A stretch of DNA of 64,000 nucleotides from Terriglobia bacterium (GCA_963748015.1 CAVVHE010000009.1:448001-512000), one strand, 5' to 3'. Positions 47,086 through 57,486 are shown, counted from the stretch's first letter. Notes: generated by a model from the letters alone, not told the origin. Numbers and translations are program-made.

Positions 47086-48168
47086 TCAGTCCTCTTCGCT
47101 TCCCTGGAGGGGCTTCGCGGGGGCGAACCCCTTGCTCTCCTCCGCGGCGATGTCGCCCGCGACGAAGTAGAGCTGCAGGGTCTGTCCGTCGCCCACGGGC
47201 GCGGATCGCACGTGATAGACCCCGCCCGGCTCGAGCTCCGCGACGAGCGTGTCACGGGACGCGAAGAGCTTGTCTCCGAGGCCGGTCGCAAACATCTTGA
47301 ACTTGACCTTGGTCGTGAGCTCGTGCCGGCCGGCGGGCAGGGTGGTCTCGTAGACGGTGCCTTTCGCGAGCACCGCCCGGGCGGCTCCATCGATGCGAAG
47401 GGTGAACTTCCGAAGCGAGGGGTCCGCCCGGTACACGCGCACGAGCGCCGTGCCGCTCGGCACGGGCGCGGCGGCGACCGCCGCGGCGGGCTCCGCCGCG
47501 GGCAACTCGACGATCTTCTCGAGAAGGGTGGCGTGAAGGATCGAGTCGATCTTCGGGAAGTCCTTACGGACGCTCGCGTCGCCGTCGCTCATCAAGGTCC
47601 GGATCATCTTCGACCACTTACGGGTGTCCTTCATGTGGGACGAATCCAGCGACGCTAGCACCTCGGCTCCCTCGACGATTCGGCCGAGCGCGGCGGCTCC
47701 GGACCGGCTTGCGGCGCTCCCGTCGGCGCCCGTCTGAATCCGCATCTCCGTGGCCGCGCCCTCGCCGAGCCCGTTGTTCAGGAGGAAGACGTCTCCGGCT
47801 CGGATCTTCCGTCGGGGCGGGTCACACGGGATGGGGGACTTTCCCCAGGCCTTCGTCGTCTTCGGGTCGCCGTTGATTCCGAAGTCCGCCCCGTTCTCCG
47901 CCGTGACGCGGATGAAGAGGTTGCCGTCCAGATAGCCGGAACGGACGAGGTTGTAGAAACGGTCCACCGCGAGCGGCGCCCAGGTCCGGTACGCCTCGAT
48001 CACGAAGGCGCCCTTCGTCGTTTCGAACCGCACGGCGAAGGCAGCCGGCGCCGTGTCGGAAGCGACCGCCGGGGCCGCGGCCTCGGGCTCCGCGCGCAAG
48101 GGAGCCGCCGAGACGAGCGCGGTGACGATGACGATCGCCGAGAGCCTGATCCGACTACTCGTTGCCAT
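47086..48168 (-). CDS. Cyclophilin-like peptidyl-prolyl isomerase with an extra C-terminal beta domain
   Basis: FETTKG.F...WAPLAVDRFYNLV, GRIVEG; C-terminal VRVYR...LPAGRH. Confidence 0.7.
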   Translation of the reverse strand: MATSSRIRLSAIVIVTALVSAAPLRAEPEAAAPAVASDTAPAAFAVRFETTKGAFVIEAYRTWAPLAVDRFYNLVRSGYLDGNLFIRVTAENGADFGINGDPKTTKAWGKSPIPCDPPRRKIRAGDVFLLNNGLGEGAATEMRIQTGADGSAASRSGAAALGRIVEGAEVLASLDSSHMKDTRKWSKMIRTLMSDGDASVRKDFPKIDSILHATLLEKIVELPAAEPAAAVAAAPVPSGTALVRVYRADPSLRKFTLRIDGAARAVLAKGTVYETTLPAGRHELTTKVKFKMFATGLGDKLFASRDTLVAELEPGGVYHVRSAPVGDGQTLQLYFVAGDIAAEESKGFAPAKPLQGSEED

Positions 48169-48349
48169 GGGCGACCTCCCAGCGGGTGACGACCTCCTAC
48201 CCGCACGGATGGCCCGAGTCTGCGCCCGTCATTGGGTCGAATCAAGTCTGACGGAGCGACGGTACTCTTAAGCGTTGCAGTCAAACAACTTAAGCAGGCG
48301 CTAGTGGGTGGCGGACGGGACGGGTTGCCGCTCCTCCGGAACCTCTCCT

Positions 48350-48376
48350 TGAAACGGCGGGGTGCTCCCGTTCGTC
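48350..48376 (+). promoter_or_regulatory. Candidate ECF sigma promoter
   Basis: TGAAAC-N17-CGTC upstream of the Spy-like gene, next to an ECF gene. Confidence 0.45.
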
Positions 48377-48414
48377 CCCAAAGCGAGGGAACAACGACCC
48401 CCACGGAGGACTCG

Positions 48415-48909
48415 ATGAAGACGACTTGGATGGCGAAGACGGCTCTCGGCGTCGCGATGCTCGCCCTGAGCCTCGGCGTGGTTTACGCGCAGGCGGGACC
48501 CGGCCCCGGGCCGCACGGCCCCGGACACGGGCCGGGCATGGGACCCGGGATGATGGGGAAGATGGCGGACGCTCTCGATCTCACCGCCGACCAGCGCGCG
48601 AAGCTCCGCCAGATCCGCGCGAAGTACATGGCCGGCGCGCTCGGGGACCACATGGACGCGATGCGCGAGGCGCGCGCGAATCTCCGCGTCGTGGTCCACG
48701 ACGTGGCCTCGACGGACGAGCAGGTTCAGGCCGCGGCCAACGCCGTGGCGAAGGAGATCCCGGTCCTCGCCGTCGAGGGACGCCGCATGGCGGCGGAGAT
48801 CTCCGCGGTCCTGACCCCCGAGCAGCGCGCGAAGGCGGCCGAGCTGCGGAAGCAGCACCGCGGGCAGCGCCGCGGCGATTCGCCGCTCGAAGAAGTGGAC
48901 GAGTTCTGA
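48415..48909 (+). CDS. Spy/CpxP-family periplasmic chaperone
   Basis: Signal peptide, G/P/M/H-rich linker, two LTxxQ motifs. Confidence 0.9.
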   Translation: MKTTWMAKTALGVAMLALSLGVVYAQAGPGPGPHGPGHGPGMGPGMMGKMADALDLTADQRAKLRQIRAKYMAGALGDHMDAMREARANLRVVVHDVASTDEQVQAAANAVAKEIPVLAVEGRRMAAEISAVLTPEQRAKAAELRKQHRGQRRGDSPLEEVDEF

Positions 48910-49031
48910 GCGACCGGGGCGGCGGATCCGCTCCGCCGCCCCGATCCTCCGATTCCCCGCGCGATGCTGCTATCCTCCCGAACGACGGAGCGAGCGCCTT
49001 CCGGACGCACGAACGGATGGATGCGAATTAG

Positions 49032-49622
49032 GTGGCCGAACTCCCCGAAACGGAACTCGACCTCCTGTCCGCCGCGAGAGAGGGCAGCCAGGATGCGGGC
49101 CGGCGCCTGATGGCGGCGCACGGCCCCTCGATGGTTCGAACCGCCCGCAACGTGCTCGGCCGCTACGGCGGCAACGAGGCGGACGACGTGGTCCAGGAAG
49201 CCTTCATCGCGGCGCTGACGACGGCGGCACTCCCGACGGGCGATCTGGGAGCGTGGCTGCGGGCCGTCACCGTGCGCAAGGCGCTCGATTCGATCCGGAC
49301 CGCCCGGAGGCGCGGCGAGCAGCCGCTCCCCGAGTCGGGCGCCGGGGTGGCGGAGCTCGAGCGGCAGGGGAGCGCATCCTTGCCGCTCGACGTCCTGGCC
49401 GTTCGCGAAGGGCTGCGGCTCCTGTCGCCCAAGGACCGGGCCGTGCTGACGCTCGTGGATCTCGAGGGACGCTCGATGGCCGAGACCGCGGCCGCCCTGG
49501 GGCTCACGAACGTCGCGGTGAGGCTCCGCGCCGTGCGGGCCCGCCGCAAGCTCGCCGGCGTGCTGCGGCGCCGGCTGCCGCGGGACGCGGCGGCGCTCGA
49601 CGCGCGAGGAGGAACACCATGA
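49032..49622 (+). CDS. ECF sigma factor
   Basis: ADDVVQEAF, AWL, region 4 AETAAALG...RARRKL. Confidence 0.88.
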   Translation: MAELPETELDLLSAAREGSQDAGRRLMAAHGPSMVRTARNVLGRYGGNEADDVVQEAFIAALTTAALPTGDLGAWLRAVTVRKALDSIRTARRRGEQPLPESGAGVAELERQGSASLPLDVLAVREGLRLLSPKDRAVLTLVDLEGRSMAETAAALGLTNVAVRLRAVRARRKLAGVLRRRLPRDAAALDARGGTP

Positions 49623-50008
49623 GCCGACACCCTCGAGAGCGCGACGACGACCGCGCGCTCGTCCGCGACGCGCTTCGGCGGGCCGCGGGCGAGGACGAGC
49701 CCGACTTGGCCCGCCTTCTCGACGCGGTCCCGGATCTCATGGCCGAGGCTCGGCGCAGGCGCGCCGCGGCCGTCGCGATCGCGCCCACGCTCTCCGACCG
49801 CGCCCGGCAGGCGATCCCGAGGCTCGCCGTCGCGACCGCGGTCGTCGTCGTCCTCGCCACGACCGTGACGTTCCTCGACCGCGACGCGGCAGCCGCCGAC
49901 TCGACGAGCTTCGACTCCCTGGTCCTCACCGGCCCGGAGAACGGCACCACCGATACCGGCGACATCCTGCTCGACGCCGTGACGAAGGGGGAGGAGAGCG
50001 ATGGGTGA
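49619..50008 (+). CDS. Putative membrane anti-sigma factor
   Basis: ATGA-coupled to the sigma gene, single TM helix. Confidence 0.6.
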   Translation: MSRHPRERDDDRALVRDALRRAAGEDEPDLARLLDAVPDLMAEARRRRAAAVAIAPTLSDRARQAIPRLAVATAVVVVLATTVTFLDRDAAAADSTSFDSLVLTGPENGTTDTGDILLDAVTKGEESDG

Positions 50009-50390
50009 GGCGCAGTCACCGGCCCGGCGCCCCGGCGGCATCCTTGCCGTCATCGGCGTGTTCGCGCTCGGCCTGATCTGCGGCGCCGCGCTGCACTTCG
50101 CCGGCGCGCGCCTGATGCGAAGCCACTCTCTCCCCTTCGGCCCGCGCTCCTCCGACCGCGCCGGCCGCTACGCGATCGCGCACATGACCCGCGAACTCGA
50201 CCTCGACGCCGAGCAGCAGGAGAAGGTGCGCGCCGTGATCGAGCGCACGCGCACGAACGTCCACGAAGCCCTCGAGCAGAGCCGCGCGGAGATCCGCGCC
50301 CTCCTCCGTCCCGGCCAGCAGGAGAAGTTCGACCGCATGCGCCCCGCCGGCCCCCACCGCCCGGGCCGAGGCCGCCCCCCCACCCCGTAA
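50001..50390 (+). CDS. LTxxQ-like periplasmic protein
   Basis: TM anchor; LDLDAEQ and LLRPGQ motifs. Confidence 0.7.
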   Translation: MGEAQSPARRPGGILAVIGVFALGLICGAALHFAGARLMRSHSLPFGPRSSDRAGRYAIAHMTRELDLDAEQQEKVRAVIERTRTNVHEALEQSRAEIRALLRPGQQEKFDRMRPAGPHRPGRGRPPTP

Positions 50391-50458
50391 CCTCGGGTCG
50401 CGGCGACGGCTCGAAACCCGCTACAATGGCCGTTTACCGAGCGGACAGGAGCCCAGCC

Positions 50459-51922
50459 ATGCCCCAAGACGACGAGCGTCCCGATCCGAGCGCATCTCCG
50501 GACGACGAGGACTTCGCCTCGATGCTCGAGGACTCGCTGAAGCCCCGCTTCTTCGAGGAGGGGCAGGCGGTCGAGGGGGTCGTGGTCGCGGTGGGGGACG
50601 AGGTCGCGTTCGTGGACATCGGCGGCAAGGGGGAGGCGACGATCGACCTCTCGGAGCTGATGGGCGAGGACGGCGCGATCGAGGTCGAGGTGGGCGACCG
50701 GATCACGGCGCTCGTGGTCTCGACCCAGGGCGGCCTTCTGCTCTCGAGGAAGCTCGCGCGCGGCGCCGCCCTGCAGCAGCAGCTCGAGGACGCGTTCCGC
50801 GCGGGGCTCCCGGTCGAGGGGAAGGTCGAGCGCTCGATCAAGGGGGGCTACGACGTCAAGATCGCCGGGCAGCGCGCGTTCTGCCCTATCTCGCAGATGG
50901 ACACGGCGTTCACGGCCGATCCGGCGGTGCACGAGGGGAAGGTCTACACCTTCCGGATCACCGAGTACCGCGAGGGGGGGAAGAACCTCGTCGTCTCCCG
51001 CCGCGTCCTCCTCGCGGAGGAGGAGGCCGAGCGCGCCGAGGAGGTCCGGCTCTCGATCGTGCCGGGCGCCGTGCTGAGCGGCCGGGTCGTTTCGGTGCGC
51101 GAGTACGGCGCGTTCGTGGAGCTCGGCGCCGGCGTGCAGGGGCTGCTCCACGTGTCCGAGATGGGCTGGTCGCGCGTCTCGAACCCCGAGGAGGTCGTGA
51201 AGCCGGGGGACGAGATTCGCGTCAAGGTGCTGAGGGTGGACGAGGCGAAGAAGCAGATCGCGCTCGGCCTCAAGCAGCTCCTGGCGGACCCGTGGACGAA
51301 CCTCGGCGAGACCTACGCCGTGGGCCGGGTCAAGGAGGGGCGCGTCACGCGGCTCATGGACTTCGGCGCGTTCGTCGAGCTTGCGCCCGGAATCGAGGCG
51401 CTCGCCCACGCGTCCACCTTCCCGCCCACCGGCACCGCGGACGGGTGGAAGAAGCTCGCGCCGCCGGGGACCACGGGGTCGTTCGAGATCCTGAGCGTGG
51501 AGCTCGAGCGGAAGCGGATCGGCGTGGCGATGCTCGAGGAGGGCTCGTCGCGCGCCGCGGACGCGGCGCCGCGCGCCGAGATCGCGGCGGGGGCGCGCCT
51601 CAAGGGGAAGGTCGAGCGGCACGAGAAGTTCGGCGTGTTCGTCTACCTCGCTCCGGGCCGCACCGGCCTCGTCCCGCTCTCCGAGACGGGGGTCGAGAAG
51701 GAAGCCGACCTCAGGAAGGTCTTCCCCGTCGGGGGGGAGGTGGAGGTCGTCGTCCTCGAGGTGGACTCGGCGAGCCGCCGCATCCGTCTCAGCCGGAAGG
51801 CGGTCCTGGACGCCCAGGAAAAGGGCGAGGCCAGGGAGTACGCCGAGCGCCAGGACGGGCCGACGGGCGGATCCTTCGGCTCCTCGCTGGCCGACAAGCT
51901 CCGGGACGCCATGAAGAAGTGA
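50459..51922 (+). CDS. Ribosomal protein S1-like protein (five S1 domains), probable rpsA paralog
   Basis: RAFCPISQ, YGAFVEL...GLLHVSEMGW, FGAFVEL, FGVFV repeats. Confidence 0.85.
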   Translation: MPQDDERPDPSASPDDEDFASMLEDSLKPRFFEEGQAVEGVVVAVGDEVAFVDIGGKGEATIDLSELMGEDGAIEVEVGDRITALVVSTQGGLLLSRKLARGAALQQQLEDAFRAGLPVEGKVERSIKGGYDVKIAGQRAFCPISQMDTAFTADPAVHEGKVYTFRITEYREGGKNLVVSRRVLLAEEEAERAEEVRLSIVPGAVLSGRVVSVREYGAFVELGAGVQGLLHVSEMGWSRVSNPEEVVKPGDEIRVKVLRVDEAKKQIALGLKQLLADPWTNLGETYAVGRVKEGRVTRLMDFGAFVELAPGIEALAHASTFPPTGTADGWKKLAPPGTTGSFEILSVELERKRIGVAMLEEGSSRAADAAPRAEIAAGARLKGKVERHEKFGVFVYLAPGRTGLVPLSETGVEKEADLRKVFPVGGEVEVVVLEVDSASRRIRLSRKAVLDAQEKGEAREYAERQDGPTGGSFGSSLADKLRDAMKK

Positions 51923-52033
51923 GACGAGAAGGGACCCCTTTACTCCTCCGTCCCGCCGAAACACGAGAGAGCTTGCATCCGTATCCATTCGGGTGTAGAA
52001 GCAAGGTACAGCTTCCAGAAGGAGGGGCAGGCC

Positions 52034-52591
52034 ATGTCGAAACGCCTGGTTGTGTCCCTGATCGTCGCGGGATTTCTGGTTCCGAGCATGGCGGCGGAGC
52101 CCGCGAAGCCGGCCCTACCCGACCAGGTGCTCCGTCCCTCCGCCGAGGAGTGGTGCGCGGAAGGGACGGCGTCCACGCCGGACACGGACTGCGTGACCTT
52201 GCCCGTGCTGATCTCCGCGGCCCCGCCTGCGTATCCGGAGCTGGCGCTGAAGGGCCGCATCTCGGGGCAGGTCGAGCTCGAGGTCATCGTGGACGCAAAG
52301 GGCAAGGTCGTGGACGCGAAGGTCACGAGGCCCAATCGCGTCTTCACGGACGCGGCCCTGGTGGCCGCGAAGCAGAGGACCTACAGGCCGTCGCTCCGGC
52401 GCGGCGTGGCCGTCGCGACGGCGTTTCCGGTCATCGTGAAGTTCGATTTCGCCCCGCCGAGCGACGGTCCGAGGCAGACCCAGAAGACCGGGGCCGGAGA
52501 GGTCGTCACGGTGACGCCGTACGACACGAAGAGCTACTCCACTCCCACGGACCGCACCACGACGCGCGACGTGCAGAGCGGCAAGAAGTAG
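52034..52591 (+). CDS. TonB C-terminal domain protein
   Basis: Signal peptide; PAYPELA...GQVELEVIVD..G.V. Confidence 0.8.
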   Translation: MSKRLVVSLIVAGFLVPSMAAEPAKPALPDQVLRPSAEEWCAEGTASTPDTDCVTLPVLISAAPPAYPELALKGRISGQVELEVIVDAKGKVVDAKVTRPNRVFTDAALVAAKQRTYRPSLRRGVAVATAFPVIVKFDFAPPSDGPRQTQKTGAGEVVTVTPYDTKSYSTPTDRTTTRDVQSGKK

Positions 52592-52869
52592 GACCCCGGG
52601 ACGCCCCGCCGGTTTCCGAGTCCCGTCCCGGCTCGCTCGGCGCGGCCTCGTATCGGCGCGCCCCCGCATCTCCCCCCGATTCCCACCCCGATTTCGCCCC
52701 GGCTTCGCCCGCTCTCGTGGCGGCACGCGTGAAAGCGAGGCCGCGGATGGACGCAAACTTAAAAAAAGGTCAGAATGCCGCACGCGGTGACGCTTCACGG
52801 GAAGACTCTCGACAGGGAAGTAAGGGGCGGCCGCCCGAGCGGGCGCGGAGAAGCCGGGGAGGATTGCGG

Positions 52870-53991
52870 GTGAACAAGGCGACGAGGCTGCTGGTCCTGA
52901 TGCTCGTCGCGGCGCTGCCCGTGGCGTGCAAGAGCGGTGCGGAGACGGGCGGCGGCGGTGCGGGTGGATCGCGCGCGCTCAAGGTGCGAATGGCTCCCGT
53001 GGCCGCGCGCGACGTGGTCTACAAGGTACAGGCGCTCGGCTCGCTCGAGGCCGAGGAGCTCGTGCAGATCACCTCCGAGGTGAGCGGCGCCGTCTCGGAG
53101 GTGCGGTTCCACGAAGGGGATCGCGTGACCCCCGATACGGTCCTGCTGCGCATCGACCCCGACCGGTATCGCCTGGAGGCCGAGCGGGCCGAGGCGGCGT
53201 ACCGGCGCTCGCAGGCCGACTGGAGGCGGGCGGAGTCCGACATGCGGCGCCGCGAGGCGCTCGAGAAGGACCAGCTCGTCGCGGCCGAGGAGCTGAACCG
53301 CGTGCGCCAGGAGACCGAGCGCCTCGCCGCGGACACCGCCGCGGCCAAGGCGGCGATGGAGATCGCCCTGCAGAACCAGAAGCGCTCCGCCGTGAGGGCC
53401 CCGCGCGCCGGGGTGATCAACACCCGCAGCGTGGACACGGGGCAGTTCGTGCAGGCGGGGACCGTCCTCGGAACGTTGGTGGACATCGGCCGGCTGCGCC
53501 TGCGCTTCAAGGTCTCCGCGAGCGAATCCCTCAAGGCCGCGGTGGGACAGACCGTGACGTTCCGCGTCGCGTCGATCGGCGACCGGAAGTTCGACGCCCA
53601 GGTTTACCACGTCGGCGACATGGCCGACACCGCGACCCGCCAGGTCGAAGTCCTGGCGTGGGTGAAGAACCCCGGCGTGCTCAAGCCCGGTTTCTTCGCC
53701 GAGGTGGCGCTCGAGACCGAGGCTCACAAGAACGCCGTGGTCGTCCCCGAGGGGGCCGTGCAGGCGAGCGAGCGCGGCTTCGTCGCCTACGTCGTGGACG
53801 GCGGCGGCAAGGCCCGCCAGAAGCCGATCCAGCTCGGCCTCCGGACCGGCGACGGATCGGTCGAGATCCTCAATGGACTCGAGATCGGCGAGATGGTCGT
53901 GACGCAGGGCTCGGACCGGCTGGCCGACGGCATGGCCGTCGAGGCCGTGGCCGGCGGGCCGGCCCGCACGGACGCCGCGGAGAAGCCATGA
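52870..53991 (+). CDS. RND efflux periplasmic adaptor lipoprotein
   Basis: Lipobox PVAC, SEVSG.V, RAP.AG, LKPGFF. Confidence 0.92.
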   Translation: MNKATRLLVLMLVAALPVACKSGAETGGGGAGGSRALKVRMAPVAARDVVYKVQALGSLEAEELVQITSEVSGAVSEVRFHEGDRVTPDTVLLRIDPDRYRLEAERAEAAYRRSQADWRRAESDMRRREALEKDQLVAAEELNRVRQETERLAADTAAAKAAMEIALQNQKRSAVRAPRAGVINTRSVDTGQFVQAGTVLGTLVDIGRLRLRFKVSASESLKAAVGQTVTFRVASIGDRKFDAQVYHVGDMADTATRQVEVLAWVKNPGVLKPGFFAEVALETEAHKNAVVVPEGAVQASERGFVAYVVDGGGKARQKPIQLGLRTGDGSVEILNGLEIGEMVVTQGSDRLADGMAVEAVAGGPARTDAAEKP

Positions 53992-56900
53992 GCGACACGA
54001 GGACCGGCGGTGCCCCCGAGCCGGCGGAAGATCCCAAGGCGATCGCCACCGGGATGACCCTCGCGGACATCTCGATCCGCAACCACGTCTTCGCCTGGGT
54101 GTTGATGTTCGCGCTGATCGGATTCGGCGTGATCTGCTACACCGGTTTCGGCAGCGTCTTCCGGGGGCTCGGGATCAGCCAGAACCCCGACGTGGATTTC
54201 CCGATCGTGAGCGTCTCCGTCTCGTGGGAGGGCGCGTCCCCCGAGATCATGGAGACGGACGTCGTGGACGTCCTCGAGGACGCGGTCAGCACCGTCGAGG
54301 GCGTCCAGCAGATGTCGTCGACGGCGCGCCAAGGGTCGGCGAGCGTCACATTGGAGTTCGACCTCGCGCGGAACATCGACGCCGCCCTGCAGGACGTCCA
54401 GACGAAGGTCTCCGAGGCGGCGCGGCACCTGCCCCGCGAGATCGACCCGCCGACGATCACGAAAACCAACCCCGAGGACCAGCCGATCATCCGTTTGTCG
54501 CTCTCGGGCGACCGGCCGGCGACCTTCCTCGCCGACTACGTCCGCAACGTTCTCCGCCCGCAATTGCAGACGATCGAGGGAGTCGGCGACATCCACGTCA
54601 TGGGGTTCCGGGACCGGAACGTCCGGGTCTGGTACGACGCGCCGAGGCTCGAGGCCTACGGCCTGACGGTGATCGACGTGAACCGCGCCATCGCGCGGGA
54701 GCACCAGGAGGTTCCGGCCGGACGGATCGAGGGGGCCGAGCGCGAGATGAACGTGCGCGCGGAGGGGGAGGCGATCGACATCGCCTCCTTCCGCGACCTC
54801 GTGGTCACCTACCGGAACGGCGCGCCGGTGCGGCTCAAGGACCTGGCCATCGTCGAGGACGGTCTCGAGGATCGGCGGCGTGTAGGCCGCGCGATGGGCG
54901 AGCCGGCCGTCGGGTTCGGCATCACCAAGCTGCGCGGGGCGAACGCGGTCCAGGTCGGCCGTGCCGTCAAGGCCAAGATGGAGCTGATGAAGAAGCAGCT
55001 CCCGGAGGGGCTGAGGCTCGACGTCAACTGGGACACGACCACGTTCATCGAGCGGAGCATCCGCGAGATCCTGTTCACGCTGCTGATGGCGGCGCTGCTC
55101 ACGGGCGTCGTGTGCTGGCTGTTCCTCGGGTCCTGGTCCACGACGGTCAACATCTTGCTGGCGATCCCCACCTCGATCCTGGGGACCTTCATCGTCATCT
55201 ACTTCCTGGGCTTCACCCTCAACACGTTCACCGTTCTCGGGCTGACGCTCGTCGTCGGCATCGTCGTGGACGACGCGATCATGGTGCTGGAGAACATCTA
55301 CCGGCACCGCGAGATGCGGGAGGGGAAGGTCAAGGCCGCCTCCGTCGGGGCGCGGGAGATCACCTTCGCGGCCGCGGCCGCGACGCTCGCCATCGTGGCG
55401 ATCTTCCTCCCCGTGGCGTTCATGAAGGGGATCATCGGCAAGTTCTTCTTCCAGTTCGGGGTGACGATCTCGGTCGCCGTGCTGCTTTCCCTGCTCGAGG
55501 CGCTGACGCTGGCGCCGATGCGCTGCTCGCGATTCCTCGAGGTGGAGCACCGGGGCCGCCTCGGCCGGACGATGGACCGCATGTTCAAGCGCCTGGCGGA
55601 AACCTACCTCCGCGTGCTCGCCCCCGCGCTCCAGCACAGGGGCTGGGTGCTGGTCGGCGCCGTCGTTTTCTTCGCGCTGTCGCTCCTGATCGTCCGCCTG
55701 CTGCCGCAGGAGTTCGTCCCGAGCCAGGACATGAGCCGGTTCACGCTGCGCTTCAACACACCCGTCGGCACGAGCCTCGACGTGACCGACCGCTACTTCA
55801 GCCAGATCGAGAAATTCCTCATCGCGCGTCCGGAAGTCGCACTGTTCTCGGGCTCGGTCGGCGGCATGGGCGGCGGCGAGGTCAACAGCGGCAACGCGTT
55901 CGTCAACATGAAGGAGCCGGGCAACCGGCCGGACGATCCCAAGCTGGGTAGACCGCTCACGCAGCGCGAGTTCATGGACGTCGTCCGGAGCTACGCGAAC
56001 TCGATCCCCGGCGGGCGCGTGGTGCTGCAGGACATCTCGCTCGTCGGGTTCAGCCCGTCGCGGGGCGGCGGCTACCCGATCGAGTTCAACATCCGCGGCC
56101 CGGACTGGAACAAGCTGGCGGATTCGGCGCGCGAGATCATGGAGCGGATGCGGCAGTCGGGAGACGTCACCGACGTGGACAGCGACTACCGGGTGGGAAT
56201 GCCCGAGGTGCAGGTGGTTCCGGACCGGAACAAGGCCGCGGACCTCGGCGTGAGCATGGCCACGATCGGCGAGACGATCAACGCGGCGATCGGCGGGATG
56301 CGCGTCGGGCGGTTCAAGGACAAGGGGCGGCGCTTCGACATCCGCGTCCGCCTCCTCGCCCCGCAGCGGGAACGGCCCGAGGACATCTCGGGCCTGCTGG
56401 TGCGGACCGGCGGCGGCGGGCTCGTGCGGCTGGGCGACCTGATCCGCATCAACCAGGAGCCGACCCTCCAGACGATCACCCGCCGCGACCGCGAGCGGGC
56501 GATCACGATCTACGCGAACATGGCGTCGGGAGTCTCGCAGGAGGACGCGGTGAACCGCTCGCTCGACATCGCGGCGTCGGTCCTGCCCGACGGCTACCGC
56601 TCGGTGCTGTCCGGAAGCACGAAGGCCTACCGCGAGTCGTTCCAGTCGCTCTGGTTCGCATTCGGCCTCGGACTGCTGGTCGCGTACATGGTCCTCGCGT
56701 CGCAGTTCAACGCCTTCTCGCACCCGTTCACGGTCCTGCTCGCCCTTCCCTTCAGCATCAGCGGCGCGCTGATCGCGCTGTGGATCGCGGGACAGAGCTT
56801 GAACGTCTACAGCATGCTCGGGCTCATCCTGCTGATGGGGATCGCGAAAAAGAACTCGATCATGCTGGTGGACTTCACCAACCAGATCCGCGACCGCGGG

Positions 56901-57191
56901 GTGGACCGGCACCGGGCGCTGCTCGACGCCTGCCCGATCCGGCTGCGGCCGATCCTGATGACCTCGGTCGCCACGATCGCGGGCGCGCTGCCGCCGGCCC
57001 TGGCCATCGGACCGGGGGCCGAGGTGCAGCGGCCGATGGCGCTGGCCCTCGTCGGCGGGATGGTGGTCTCGACGGCGCTCACGCTCTTCGTCGTTCCCGC
57101 GGCGTACAGCGTGCTCGGCGACGCGCTCGAGTGGAACGAGAAGCGCCGGACCGAGAGCGCCGGCTTCTTCGCCGCTTTCCGCAAGCGGTAA
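53988..57191 (+). CDS. RND efflux transporter (AcrB family)
   Basis: PDVDFP, GIVVDDAIMVLENI, GIAKKNSIMLVDF, RLRPILMT. Confidence 0.95.
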   Translation: MSDTRTGGAPEPAEDPKAIATGMTLADISIRNHVFAWVLMFALIGFGVICYTGFGSVFRGLGISQNPDVDFPIVSVSVSWEGASPEIMETDVVDVLEDAVSTVEGVQQMSSTARQGSASVTLEFDLARNIDAALQDVQTKVSEAARHLPREIDPPTITKTNPEDQPIIRLSLSGDRPATFLADYVRNVLRPQLQTIEGVGDIHVMGFRDRNVRVWYDAPRLEAYGLTVIDVNRAIAREHQEVPAGRIEGAEREMNVRAEGEAIDIASFRDLVVTYRNGAPVRLKDLAIVEDGLEDRRRVGRAMGEPAVGFGITKLRGANAVQVGRAVKAKMELMKKQLPEGLRLDVNWDTTTFIERSIREILFTLLMAALLTGVVCWLFLGSWSTTVNILLAIPTSILGTFIVIYFLGFTLNTFTVLGLTLVVGIVVDDAIMVLENIYRHREMREGKVKAASVGAREITFAAAAATLAIVAIFLPVAFMKGIIGKFFFQFGVTISVAVLLSLLEALTLAPMRCSRFLEVEHRGRLGRTMDRMFKRLAETYLRVLAPALQHRGWVLVGAVVFFALSLLIVRLLPQEFVPSQDMSRFTLRFNTPVGTSLDVTDRYFSQIEKFLIARPEVALFSGSVGGMGGGEVNSGNAFVNMKEPGNRPDDPKLGRPLTQREFMDVVRSYANSIPGGRVVLQDISLVGFSPSRGGGYPIEFNIRGPDWNKLADSAREIMERMRQSGDVTDVDSDYRVGMPEVQVVPDRNKAADLGVSMATIGETINAAIGGMRVGRFKDKGRRFDIRVRLLAPQRERPEDISGLLVRTGGGGLVRLGDLIRINQEPTLQTITRRDRERAITIYANMASGVSQEDAVNRSLDIAASVLPDGYRSVLSGSTKAYRESFQSLWFAFGLGLLVAYMVLASQFNAFSHPFTVLLALPFSISGALIALWIAGQSLNVYSMLGLILLMGIAKKNSIMLVDFTNQIRDRGVDRHRALLDACPIRLRPILMTSVATIAGALPPALAIGPGAEVQRPMALALVGGMVVSTALTLFVVPAAYSVLGDALEWNEKRRTESAGFFAAFRKR

Positions 57192-57201
57192 GAGGCGCAC
57201 G

Positions 57202-57423
57202 ATGCCGATCTACGAATACGAGTGCCGCGCCTGCGGCGAGCGATTCGAGAAGATCGTCGTGAACGTATCCGCCCGCCCCTCCTGCCCCGCGTGCGACGGC
57301 CGCAAGGTCAAGCGGCTCCCCTCGGCGTTCGGCATCGGGGGAGGCGGCAAGGCCGCCTCCGGCGCCCGCGGCGGCGGCGGCTGCTCCGGCTGCAAGCGGG
57401 GCTCCTGCTCCACCTGCCACTGA
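57202..57423 (+). CDS. FmdB-family zinc ribbon protein
   Basis: MPIYEYEC..CG..FE, CPAC. Confidence 0.9.
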   Translation: MPIYEYECRACGERFEKIVVNVSARPSCPACDGRKVKRLPSAFGIGGGGKAASGARGGGGCSGCKRGSCSTCH

Positions 57424-57435
57424 AAGAACTGTAAC

Positions 57436-57469
57436 GAGGGACAGCAACCGAGGATGGGTGCTGTCCCTC
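57436..57469. terminator. Palindromic element copy 6, probable terminator
   Basis: GAGGGACAGCA...TGCTGTCCCTC followed by CTTT. Confidence 0.7.
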
Positions 57470-57486
57470 CTTTCATTACTTCCCGT

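Noticed and set aside
48266..48295. TAAG-N16-CTTA AT-rich palindrome, possible IHF-like site
   Set aside because: Weak match to consensus and single occurrence; no function can be assigned
52720..52785. GAAA...GGACGCAAA resembling a c-di-GMP-I riboswitch
   Set aside because: P1/P2 pairings are missing; better explained as a TGGACG-N17-CAGAAT promoter for the RND operon
52870..57191. RND pair without an outer-membrane factor
   Set aside because: Common arrangement; a TolC-like partner is often encoded elsewhere
57421..57423. TGA after the Cys-rich FmdB tail as possible Sec
   Set aside because: The domain is complete, the frame closes again within a few codons, and a terminator-like hairpin follows
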